From the NCBI GenBank assembly GCA_036172245.1, contig JAYWIR010000004.1:1240001-1304000 (forward strand): DNA of 64,000 nucleotides. Direction: 5' to 3'. A program made the position numbers and the translations under genes. The DNA comes from Raillietiella orientalis. Taxonomy: Eukaryota. Positions 1-12,300 of this stretch are shown one piece after another. The notes beneath the pieces were generated by a model. It was not told the DNA's origin and did not search any database. It worked only from the letters and a program-made list of their open reading frames with translations. Position 1 is the stretch's first letter, and each line of letters begins with the position of its first letter.

Positions 1-959
1 AAGAGGACCTCACCGCTCACGTACTTCCCTGAGAACAATCGGCATTCTTTGATTTCATGACCGATTCATGTACGCATGTTTTCGATTCCACATGTTCTGC
101 TTAATGCGTCCTTTTCTTGTTTGTACGTTTTCAAACAACTCTCGAATCTTTGTTGTTTTACCTACTCCGTGATTGACGGGATTCAGTTGTAAGCTGTCGA
201 GATGGCATCCAGGATTTGCTCCTGCTAGAAGATTTCATTCCGGGTTATCAAGCAGGAAAGCTCTTGATTTTTAACAGTCGACCAGCATCCTGGTTGAAAA
301 TGGTGTAGTGGGTCAAATGATTGCATCAAATGATGTCTGATAGCGCCTGCTGAAAGCTCCGTCACTTGCTTCAAAGATTGCCTGCGGACCTTACGACTGT
401 GGACTTTGGAGCGGAGGTTTCCGGCTTCAGGGGAACAGAGTGTCTGAAGCTCCTTCCGTTGCCGTAGCGCAGCTTCATCGGAGGCTCCGAGAGTTGACCA
501 AGCAATTTATTCATGGAGGGTGAAAAGAGCCTGCTTGCTGCAAGTTATGCCTACCTATTTATCGAATATTTTCCTGCCATCCAGCGATCGACAGCGCCCT
601 TCCCGAGCATCTTTGAGAAATCTTTGAGAAAACAAGTTTTTTCCTTATTCAAATATACTGTGGCGCTGAAACTTCATTTCGCAGGCGTTTATTATGTTTT
701 TTTTCTTCTTTGTGCCACCACACATGGATGCATACCGCGGTTTGGAAGCACTCGGGTCGGAGAGTGAAAATGGAGATCCTATGATGAGCACCTAGCGGTT
801 CTCAACGATGACAAGCAAAACATTCGGAATGGCTAATGGATGTCAGGCAAAAGCTCAAAAACAATTCTCCAAGAAGCGAACAAAAGAAATTTGTCCTAAT
901 TTTCACAAGTTCCCAATTTATGAACATAAAAGAGGCCAAAATCCAGAGGTAGGGACCAT

Positions 960-3900
960 TCATTTCGCATGCACGGGAATTAGCTGAGGTACGAAGCTGA
1001 TGACTGCTTCGACTTTTGATTGGGAGTGTCCAATATTTTTCCATATCACGACCATCTGTTCATCCTGAGAAACAAACTCGCTTCCTGGGGGCAGCTGGTC
1101 AGCGTTGCAGAATCTATGCAAGAAGACAATGCAGATGGTGGAAGCCTGCGGCGGAACGGAACTACTCACGCAGTTCCATTGTGGATGTCTCCCTGCTGCA
1201 CAAAAACCGACTCGTACATGCAGTTTTTACTTTCGAGGTACAAAGTGGTGAAGACGAGTTTCACGCATTTGTTTCTGGGTGCAGTTATTACCCAGATGCA
1301 AGTAAGACTTTTTGGCCACTGAGGTGAAACCAGGGTTACCTCTTGTGTGACGTTGCCTCCGCAAATGCTGGGAGTCATCCCTATGGACACAAGAAATGTG
1401 CATCAACTCTTGTCGCTACCGGTTTCGATCCATGGCAACTGGCGGTGGACATATTGATGGAGGAGTTTCGTCTAAGTGGTTCTTGCAGATTTCTGAAACG
1501 CTAAAGCAAACGAGCGAGCCTCAAGAAGACCATGCAAACGTAAGAGGCTGGAGGTGGCCGGATGCGACGGGAACAATCAAGAACCGAATCGCAAACTCGA
1601 TCTGGAAGCCGGAAACCCGTTCCTCGTAATTCGATGGAGCGATCTGGCAGGAGGTTGCAGCAAAGCATCGCCCAGTTGAGAACCTCAGCACCTGATCGTA
1701 AATTTCTTGGCTGCTCCTACGGTTGAGTTCTCGAGACCATCAGACGGAAATCGTTCTGTCGATGCTCGTAGGTACGCGGCTGTTCAGAGGGCTGTTCCAA
1801 GATGTCCTCTCAAAGGGCACACGAGCAGCTTGTTTCCTGTCTTCGGAGGTTCCTTCCTGTTTGGTTTTTCCCGTTTTCCACAATTCCCAACGGGAAAAAC
1901 CGAGCGACCCATTTAGGCACGAAGTGATCCGGTAGGAAAGTTCTTCGCAGGTTGGGGAGATCACACTAGTCTGCGAAGAAGCAGCTCATCGGTCGCTGAT
2001 GCACAGCTCCTGAGGAGTGCGGGTTTCGATCGGCATCCCGCAACAGGAATCGATGGCCATCTCAGCAACCAATGCTTAGAGAGAACCAAAATCGGCAATG
2101 AGAGCGATCCGTTCCATTCTCGAGAATCGAATGCGCTCGCCATGGGAGAAGATCGAGGGAACCGCAGCAGGCCAGAGGCCGGCTGACTTCTGCAGCTCTC
2201 AGAAGACGCGAGTGATTCCGTTGGAGGGAGGGGGAGCACAGCACCAGAAGGCCGTGAGAATCGCGCGTGCTCCGACCCGCGGCAGTGTTCCCTCGGAAGA
2301 AGCGCTCGATGTGGGGCACTCGAACTGCTGATGCTGACACGTCCTTCGACACGTTCGAGAGCGCGCGCTGCTCCAGTGCTGGGTTGCGTCTAGGTGTGGC
2401 CCTCTTCCCTCCTGAGCAAATCGCTCCTGCTCTTTGGGAATAGCAGCCTCGTGCCTCACAGAGCGCCAGCTGCGACGGGTGGGAGATCGCGGACTGAAGG
2501 GGAACGAGTCATTCCGTGTTCTCCTTAGGGTCTTCCGCTCTCGAAACCTTCGAAGGCAAGCTTGAGGTTCTTTGCGAAGACGGAGAGTGTCCGTCGGTGC
2601 CCAGGGAGAAAGAAAAACAAGAGGTCCTGCAGATGTCATCTGGGTGACGTCCACGTATTCGCAGCGAGTTCTCTGCCTCGTCGGATGTACTGCTTGAGGA
2701 ACGTTGGATCGCATCATCGACAAGTGATCGTAGATCGCGCCACGTGAGAGCGTCAAGAGGGTTGCAAAATGCGCGAGGTCTGAGCGTGGGACTCCGGTGC
2801 CAACACCGAATGACGAGGACGAAGAAGAAAACCATGTTGCACAACTTCCCAATGCTTACCGATGGGCTGAATGGGTTCCTTGCATACTCTTCCTCCATAT
2901 GTGGGTTTACAGGTACACTGACAGTACTGATTGATGAAACCGTCGTTGAAGCAAGGGTTGGAGGTCAAGTTGCATGCGCTCATCCAGTCTCCTGAAAAAC
3001 AACCCGTGTTGCAGGAAGAAAGCCCCGACAACCTATTTATCACGCGCTTTCTGTCAATTCTGGAGACTTTTTCAAGGTGACAGACAGCCGGAGGGCGACT
3101 CGCCAAACTGATATGAGGGCTAAAGAAAGCGCATGCCCAAGTAAATCTCCAAAACCCATTTTCCGCGAAGATCTTCGTGGGCAGCTGCGAAACGTGGGTG
3201 CTCTGTCGATCAAACTGGTGAGCGCGCTGTTAGCCAAGGGACGCGTCGGGGCGGAAGTTTCGGATGTGTCGGCTCGAGTGCAAGGCACACACGCGGTTGC
3301 TAGGGGTGGATCTTCCCTGGGTTTCTTAGCCGCTTCCTGATGTCGCTGAAGCAGTGTTCATGGAGTGTGTGTGATGCATAGACGGAGGCAGCTTCCGGGA
3401 TTTCGCACATTCATGGATTCAAACAGATGATTTTGGTGCGCTGCCTGCTATGTAGAAGACGAGAAGATGCGCCTCAGGTGTAGCCCACCACCACCGTGTG
3501 AAGTCGTCGTGGGTAAGGATTGCAAAGCTTGACGGCAAGGCCAAAGAGCAGATCCTGCACAGATTCGGAGCTTTTTAGTCTCTCGTTACGAATTTGGGGG
3601 TTTGCGGAGGAAAAGGGCCGATAGCTAAGATCCCGCGTGCTGACTCGAAGTTGCTGGGCGAAAGACGCATCTCCCAAGGCAAGAAAAGGAGCTCTGGTGC
3701 GCCGGTTTCCCTTACATCTGATTCGATCTGAGACGTCCCCGTTGACCACTTTTCGTGCAAGTGGTTGTTGGAAGCGAAGATCACTTTGTTCCGTGGGTGT
3801 TACCGTAAGCTCTCCTTGTAATATGGTGGAAAGGAAGGCACTTTCTACCCTGAACTTGGAGCACTCTCCTTGTTGCATCGAAGCGCCTCTCATGGCAACT

Positions 3901-6900
3901 GTGCGGCTTTGGATCTTCCTCAATGGTGAAGTGGATCCCTCCTGCCACCGCGTCCAAGATCCGTGCGAGGTCCGCCTCGAAGCAGAGTTGGTTGAAATTT
4001 GCTTGGCACAGAGTAAAAATGAGCAAGGAGATGAAGGATAGCAAGGTCGGTTAGAAAGTGCTTGTTTCCAGCTCCCATCGCAAGGAGTGAAGTGGAGGGC
4101 TGGTTCGCTTTGCACGAGAGGCTGAACCATTTGGAAAACATCCGTCGAACTGCACTGGTGAAGTTCGGAGCAGGAGTCCACCACCGTGTCGTGAGTGCCA
4201 GGTGGTCTTTGGGTAGGCAACCTTGCAGATTCGGAGTTTCGTGCCATGTCGTCCCGCCTGCACTGGAAGCTGAATCCTGTCTCGGTTTCATCATCTTTCC
4301 TAGTGCGAAGAGCCGGTCGGTTCGCTGAAATAGTCCTCTCCTCTCTCCGTGCAGCAGAGCCTCGAAGTCGTGACTTGCGAAAAGATTTCAGCGATGATCC
4401 AGAAACTCTGCTCCTGGTTACTAAAAGGCAGTCGTATGCAAGAGGTGCTTCAAAATCGAGGACTTCTGGATGCTTGGTTTTCAGTCGTAGTTTCCGTTTT
4501 TAGTCAAGCGTTACGTTGCGGAACTCGCATGCGAGGTCTGCTGCATCGCCGCATCATAGGGAAGAGTGCGCAAATGGCGGGACTTTGGTGTCGCAACCGA
4601 GACGAGACAGCGTGGAAGACGCAAGGGCGTCCTGCATACAGAGAGGAGATAAACTCACTGATGCATCCGTATTTCTTGTTTATAACGAGTGCATCGTTGA
4701 AGGTCAATCCTTGAGTGTTCGCACCAACGAAAGTTTGCATATTCACATTTAGACTTGCTATGGTGGGTCTTCCGTTGATGGTCCCTGCCTGAAAAACGTA
4801 AATTAGAAAACGTAACGGTAACTGAAATGAGGTGAAAACGTGAATGAGTCTGCGAGGATGCATTCTTTTGGTGGCTTGAATTTCGTTTGAAGTCTGTGAT
4901 TTCTTGTCAAACCTGACAAGAAGCATCGCAGACCTGCTGCAAGAATGAAGGGACGGGGATCGCAAAGAACGGCTAGAGAGGAAATTTTCTGATGTGAAAA
5001 AAAAATGATGCATGAAGTAGCTGACTTTCGTCTTGCGACTTGTATATTCAATTTGGGAAGGCTGCATGGTGGCCATCATCTCTACTGCATGGGAGTCGTA
5101 TTCTGCTAGTAAATGTTGATGGAGTGGGCTGCACTTGAGGTTGGATGTGGTCATTCCTTTTCGTGAATCGTATTTGTGTAGGTGATTCCGTGTGCTTTCG
5201 AGCCATCAATGAAAGACAAGGATTTTCTCCATCGTCTTGCAATGAAGGCCGATAATGGCACAGTTTGCAAAGAGTGCGGCAAAGAATGCCGTGAAGTTTC
5301 GTGCAGAGGCAATGTGCAGAAGAAGAGGTCGCAGGAGTATTTTGGAACGCAGGTCTTTCGAGTCTTTAGGGGGGATTCTCTTCAACAGAACTGCATTTCA
5401 GCGTCTGCTCTGATCAATCGATGGCGATGAAGATTCTGCGACAGATGTGTAAACGAAAAAGAAAGGATTGAGGATAAGGGAAACATGCTGCATGCTGTCA
5501 TCTCCAAAGGGTTCCAGGAGAAACAGTCTCTGCTTCACACTTGGATTGAGAGAGTGTCGCGAGTTCAAAGGAAGACAGAGAGAACGGAATGCATCCACGA
5601 AGAACGCAGCTGAGTAGCAAAGGAATGTTGACTCGACAAGGGTAGGTGGAAATTCAAGAAAGATGTCATTCCTCACCTGTTCTTCTGCACAAAAACCAAG
5701 GTAATGGGGAAACCAAAACTTACTTGCGTTGCGTAGTGCATGATACTGTAGTAGTCATAGGGGACGTTTTCGGTTTCACAGTCTTCAATCTCAAAATTGG
5801 CAGCCACCGAAATGTTGACGTTTTCGTTCAAAATTTCCACGTATTTGTCTCTGTCCGGCCTCGAGTGCTCGTGCTGAGATCCAATGGCATGAGCTAATTC
5901 GTGCACTGGAATTGACCTCTAAAATAAAATTGGTGTGTGCATTCAAAAGAGAGAAGGGTAGGCACGAGACACGCTTTGAGCTTCACACGGCGAGAATCCG
6001 CAATCACTTTTTGGAAGCTGCCGGTCGTTTGTGAGGAAGACGCTTGATCTTTAAGACGTGAGCGTCGAGCATAGCACGTGGTTATTTGCGAGACTTGAGA
6101 GTCCGTGTGAGAGTATGTTGTGTTGTATCCGTGGAGACGCACCCAGAAGAAAGCCGCGCAAATATATGGTATCGAAGCGACTAAGTCTTCGTATAAAATG
6201 CACTTACCAATCGGCAATCACCTTCGAGGGATAATTTTTGGAAATTTGATTTTGACGACTGCTTTCCGAGAAGGGACCAGCAGCCATCCCAGCTTCCAAT
6301 CAGTATCTTGTGACGAGGATCGTGTTCAGGTACTTGGAAGAATCGGACACAGGTCCAGCGATCAAAGTTTTCAACTGCTAGGTTCAACGAACAGCTGATA
6401 TCTTCATGAACTATGGTTAAAATCACGTTGCAGAGTGAATAACACTGTTTGCTCGGGCAGATAGGAGATCAAAGGTTCGCGCTCAAGACTGAGCATCTTC
6501 TTGACTACGAGGAAGCAAGCAGAAGCAAGAAATTACTGAGATGAGAAGGCCGTTGCACCGTGAAAATGCGTCGAAGCGTACACGCGTATAGCACCAGTTC
6601 TGGGAATCTCTCACCAAAGCCAAGTGACGGGATGCAAGCTACTGAATCTGCAAGGCAGCACGACGCAAGAGAGGAAGAAGGGGAAGAGCAAAACTAGGTG
6701 CACGAAAGGTACATACCCGAGTGATGAAGTGCAAAGGGAACCTCTACCCACAATCCAGTCTTCGGCCAAAGATTCGTTTTCGATAAGCAGGCCCTCTCCA
6801 TCAAGGACCACTGCTGCTCTTCTGTGAGCACAATGTCTCCCTCGTGAAGAACATCTCCGAAAGCAGTGTGCGGTGGATTCTTTCCAATTCCCTGAAACGG

Positions 6901-8186
6901 AAACGGGCGCTTTGAGAGTGCGTCGGGACGAAAGCTGAAGATCTTGGACACGGAGACGGTCGCAGTAGGATGTCGTCGAGTGCATCGCACCATCCTTCGG
7001 CTTCGGTCCGCTCACAGATTCGGAGCTCAGCATCGGGTGCGGGGAAATCGAGGGGTTACGGAAAAGGCGCGTCCCACGAGACAGATTGGATTGCGTCCCT
7101 AGCAAGTACCGGCGAGGTGCACGCACGGAGGTTCGCATGCGTGGCACGTGCAACTTTATCACACGTGAGTACGGGTCTTGGCAGACGAGTTGCCTTGGAG
7201 GAAACGGGACGAGGATTCCGCACGGAGATTTCTCAGTCCGTCGGGCACTTGGGACGGCGCGGCCATCCACAAGTCGTTGCTCCTCGCGGTGCAGATCCGA
7301 GGTCAGCGCCCCACGTCTTTAGCGCGAGGACTCGCAATGTCCACGCACGCGTGAGCTGCGCAATGGCTTCTGGGAAGGAAAAGGACTGATCGGTGAACCG
7401 GTTGCGATGCTCGGGGATGAGCGCTGCAGCGAGGAAGTCGCCGATCTCACGAAGACGGAGGAAGCGGACGCGCGGCACCGGATGCAGGAAGCTCTTCGTT
7501 GCTGCTTTTCATTGCCGCTGGTGCGATCGGACAAACGGAATCCCGGTGTGGGGTGAGCGGGGGGAGAGGAGGGCACCATAGGAAGGCTGTTGAGGGCCGC
7601 TCGCAGGAATTTTTGCTCAAAGCCCCCATACGGAGGGGGCAACGTGTGGACTTGTGATCCGCGGAACGAGGGACCCTCCAGACTTTCGCGCGGCGGTCGC
7701 CATGGGCCTGGTTGGCTCTGGACATGGTGAGGCGTTGCTGGGCGGTCTCTGTGGCGCGCATCCGCCGTTGTCCTAACTGAAAGTTAGACCAAGAGGAGTA
7801 CCTCCTCCGTTCGCGTCGGGAACTCGTCCTCCTTGCGAGTGGCCACGGGAGGGCGAGGAGTTCGTCCGAGTGAGGAGGATTTTTTTTGATTGAAGGGGAA
7901 GCGCATTCCGCTTGGGGGCGAAACGTGCTGAGAAGGTCGCACAGCAGTGCTCACCTCGAAACGGCTTTTCCATCCCTCTGTTGTTCTCTGGGGAAGAGCT
8001 GCCGCATGCATGTGCTGGGCGGGCAGCAGGGCGGTGATCTGCAAGACAAAAAGATTCCCCTGCAGCCGCACCTTCCCTCTTCTGTCTGTGAGGAACTGCG
8101 ACCTTTGCACGCAAAGCGGGGCCCTCCGCCACCCCTGGGGGCCAGGAAGGAGCACTCACCAGCCAGAGAACATGCGATAGCCCCAT
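960..8186 (-). CDS. Secreted astacin-family (M12A) zinc metalloprotease, signal/pro-astacin-EGF-CUB (BP10/SpAN/NAS-like), copy 1; 9 coding exons, 436 aa
   Basis: Hand-spliced exons 8186-8160, 8038-7955, 6891-6717, 6410-6208, 5918-5724, 4788-4659, 2991-2860, 1380-1170, 1113-960; all introns GT-AG with matching phases; total 1311 nt. Signal-like MGLSHVLWLITALLPAQ; pro-peptide EGDI motif; zinc motif HELAHAIGSQHEHSRPDRD; Met-turn YDYYSIMHY; EGF CFNDGFINQYCQCTCKPTYGGRVC; CUB CGG..VSPQWP..CIWVITAP. Confidence 0.95.
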
Positions 8187-8485
8187 CGTTCCTTCTCGCT
8201 GGCGCCGAAAGCAGTACGGTCTTGCTTCAAGCCGCGAGCTTTTTTAATGCGTGCTGCACACCTGACCCGCGGAGCGGATCCCAAAGTCAATTACGTGCTC
8301 TGGGGGCACTCATGAATTTCTGTGTCGTTAGCAGCCTCGTGTGTTACGACTCGCACTCTCGCGGTGTCAGCCTGGAATGTTTTCCGATGATGCCGTTTGC
8401 AGTGCTCCTCGGAAAAGTATTTTGTAGCAATGCGGGGTTCCCATGAAAGTTCTCATCACGGTCTGATCCCGTGACCAACCTGCAT

Positions 8486-8493
8486 TGACGTCA
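8486..8493. promoter_or_regulatory. CRE-type palindrome TGACGTCA upstream of the astacin ATG
   Basis: Present in all three copies (8486, 35921, 59965), with a second one at 35952 and 59996; function is not shown by the sequence. Confidence 0.25.
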
Positions 8494-9348
8494 AAAGTCT
8501 TGTGCTTTATGGCCCTTGACATGAGCAGGAATGATCATTTGCATGTTGTTGGTAAGCGCGCTCTTCGGAGGCTGTTGCGATCTGGGCGCCGGGCGTGCCA
8601 GTTCTCGTCCGCTGCCGCTTGCGTACGCCGTGGTCGGCTGGTTCTGAGGGTGTCCTCGGAGGGGCCACCAGTTGTCTTGGGAGAAGCTGCCCAGTCTCCT
8701 GGGCTGCAGCGGAGTTCGTGCTCTGCTTCCCCGTTAGCGACCTCCTGTGCTGAGTCTGCCTCGCTGCTGCACGCACTGCAGTCCAGCGTGGCTTGTACTC
8801 AGAGTGGCACGACTGGCAGCTCCCCGAGGAGAAAGCGCGCCTTCCGACTGCCTCCTCCCACCTCGGTTGCCAAGGGGGACAGCAGACGCCACGTCGGTGC
8901 TTCAAGGCAGGCAGCGCTGGGCGCGGTGGACGCGAGCATGGAGGTGTCTGCGATGGCAGTGCCACGGAGGGAGTTGCGAAGCGGCTTCGCCTTTCCCCGG
9001 AGGCGGAGACCCCTCTCGGCCTTGTTTGGCCGTAGGACGCAGCCGATCGCTTCCCGGATGTTCCGCCCATCCGCGTGTTCGTTTGGCGGAATCACGCACC
9101 CCGTGTTCGCTAGCCAGTAGGCTGTCCACCGCCCATCCGCGTGCGACCCCCTGGTTCCTGTTGTGTCAGCCGCTGCCTCTGTGCCGACGGTCGTCTCGTA
9201 GCAGGCGGATGTGGATGTCATCGCGTCACGGAGCTTGTGGCTGGGTGCGTGCGTGGCGCCGCCGCTTCCTCCGACTCGCGTGCTGTACGCGGGAGCGTGG
9301 ACCACCGAACGAAGGTCGCCGTGCACATGGAGAAACGCGCCGTCCTGG

Positions 9349-12300
9349 TTGACACACGATCTTGACGAGGCTGTATTTATAGCAAAATTAACATACGTTA
9401 CATAGATATAGAAAAAGGACCTGTTGAGAACCGGCAAGTAGACCGGCGAGGTCCGTCTCAGAAGAAAAAGGAAAAGGAAGGTAAACAAAAATACAAATAA
9501 AACAAAAAAAAAAACAGACGAGAACTTTGGAGGGTTCGAGAGGGAATCGCTGTTTACTGGAGGGCGTCTTCTGCATCCTTGTAAGGATGTTGGCAAGTTC
9601 CTGTTTCAAGATTCCCAGATGAAGGCATCTTCACGCTATCCTCACGAAAAGGACAGAAAAATAGATGGCGTCCCTGTCGTTCTGACCTCTGGCGTTACTC
9701 CGTGCAGCCACGATCCCGCGTAGGCAGCAAAGGGCTGCTGATGCGGCCGGCATGAGGTCGTCGCGCAGCAAGAGGCGCTTTAAAACTTCTCTGGAGTTGT
9801 CCTTGGAGGTCCGCAAGGACGCGGAAAAGAATTCCCACATGGGACGGAGGGCGACACAATCCATGAGCAGGTGAGAGAGCGCCTCTCGCTCTCTGCACCT
9901 GCCGCAGTTCGGGCTCGCCCTCCCCCGGGTCTAGTTGTGTCGACAGACGTTGCAAGGGAGGCCCCAATGCAGCAGCAGGATCTCCGAATCCTGTTACTTT
10001 AAGGGGAGGGTAGCACGCTGGCGGCACTGTACCTCATTCGGAGGAATTTGTAGTAGCTCTCCCTAGCGTAGCAGTCCTTCGGGTGGGACCCTCAGTGTGG
10101 CAGTGTCCGTCAGCTACCGAGTTGTCCATGCACTCTGTTGTTCTTGTTTTGTATTTGATATGTTACTTCCCACCTCGATGGAATATGGCTGTCCTCTAAG
10201 GGAGGGCAGCACTGGGAAAAGGGTACCGGAACAACTGAAACGACGCCCAAAGCAGATTCCTGGTGTTTCCCAGGATCTCCTATAACGACTGACGATCACA
10301 TCTGCTGTTCCTAAGGCAGATCTACTCTGCTTCTCCCGTGCTGTTGATTTCTACCCAAGAGGAAACTGATTCCTGCAGCTAGACAGTACAGTTCGCGGGG
10401 AGGACGGAGATCTAGGGGTACTTTTGCACGAAGGCAACCATGTTTCGGAGCTGGGGACCGAGTGGCCCAGACTCCTCTCGGTGGCCACGACGACCGAGGT
10501 CGGTCCTTAGGAGCTGGCTTGCTGTTTGGCGAGGATTCTTGCCGGTGAGCACCAAGTGCAGTCCAGAGCTTGGATGCGAGGGCGAGTCTGCGGAATCGGA
10601 GCTGTCGCTCCATCCGCTCCAGAGTAAGGAGACCCAGTCCACCATCCCTACGAGGAGCACAGAGGTCTTTTAAACGGACTCTGAACCTCCATTTGCCCTA
10701 CAGGGATTTTCTGAGGAGGTCGTCGGTCCTTCTTTGAATGGCCACAGAAACAGGGCAAACAAAATCAAGGGGAGGAGAAGGAAGGTCGCGAACGCGTTCC
10801 ACACCGTGGCTTGTTCCAGGAAGTAGAACCTCCCGTTTTGGAACGGACCAAGCGCCATTTCCACTTTCTGAAGACGGCTGGACAAGGCTTCCGCTACGTA
10901 GAAATTCCTCCAGGGAACACCAAGGTGCATGATGTACTCGCTCGTGAGGTTCGCCAAGTGGATTCTGTCCGATCAGTTGGCACTTCGCCCTGCTCACCTG
11001 CAGTCCTATCCTGAGGCTAAGCAACTCAAAGCAAACTCCGATCGCTCATGCCGGAGTGCACATGGGGAGAAGCAGCAGCAAATCGTCAACATAAGCCGAC
11101 ACGACAGGCGTTCCCGGACATGGGCTATGCTGGGTTACCAGAGTCTCCCTGTATGCACCAACTCGAAGTAGATGCTGAAGAGCAGGGGGCTCAAGCCGTC
11201 GCCCTGCTTTACGCCGCGGCGAACGGGCACGCCATACGCGAGTCAACCGTTAAAAAAGATGTTAATTATTGCATTGAGCCGGCAGGAGTGCAGATAGACC
11301 AGGAATACGGCCGGGAATCCTATGAGTTCCAGGAGATCCCTCCAGAGGAAGTTCCTGGTCGATGCAGTCGAAAGCTTTATGCAAATCGATCGCGACTTCA
11401 AGGGCTCCAGGTGTACTTTCGTGACCTTCCCATCTCCGGCAGGAGGAGAATCCTGGATTCTCGTGACCCGCCGACGCAACCCTTGTTTGCAACTGCCACC
11501 ATGTGCTCGCAAAGAACAGGTGAACCCCCATGAATCGTCCCTGAACAGCGAACGTCTGCTCCAGACTGTTCACGGATCCGGTCACCCGTCCACCCGACCA
11601 GTTGCTCTGCCTATAGTTTGGCAAGCAGCTTCTGATTCGCATTCACCACTGTGATAAGATGCCAGTTGCCAATGCTGCGAAGGTCTTCTTCCTTGAGGAG
11701 GGGAAGTACTCTAGCTAATCGAAACGAGTCGGGAATATCTCGTTTGCTGGTCAGCATGCAGTTTGTACAAAGAAGACCAGTTCTGCAGCGAAGCATTAGT
11801 GAAGCTCCGCGGGCAGGCCGTCCTCTCCTGGTGCTTTGCGTCTCCTGAGCTTTCCGATGGCAATGATCTTCGTCATAGTAAAGGCTGTTCCTCTTCGAGA
11901 CTGTTCCGTTGCTCCTCCCCTAACGCAGGCACCCCATCGGGAAGCAGACGCTCCGCAGCTTTGCTGCTCGTAGGGTGCCTTTGCGTACAGGGAGAAGTAA
12001 AATCTGCTCACGATGCGTCTTACTTGTCCGGATGTTCCTGGCCCTGATCGTCGAGCAGGATGGCCAACCCCAACTGCCAGGCTTGACGCCTGACCCCCTC
12101 TCGATGTTCCCCTAGTCTCCAGAAGGAGGAGAAGTGAATGGCGTAGAGGTACGATCTCTCGTTCCTCACGCCTTCTCCGAATCCTGCGGGAAGACGGTGC
12201 ATCGGGAACTGTTCGCAGAACTCGCGGACTGAGCGTTTCAACAGGTCCCAGTCCTCGAGATCCCTCACCCCTCTTTGTTCATGACGCGCTTCGGACAGCG

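Noticed and set aside
3474..4294. Long ORFs inside intron 6 with similar peptides in copies 2/3 (nested gene or extra exon)
   Set aside because: Frames shift between copies, copy 3 has a new stop, and exons 6 and 7 join in phase without it.
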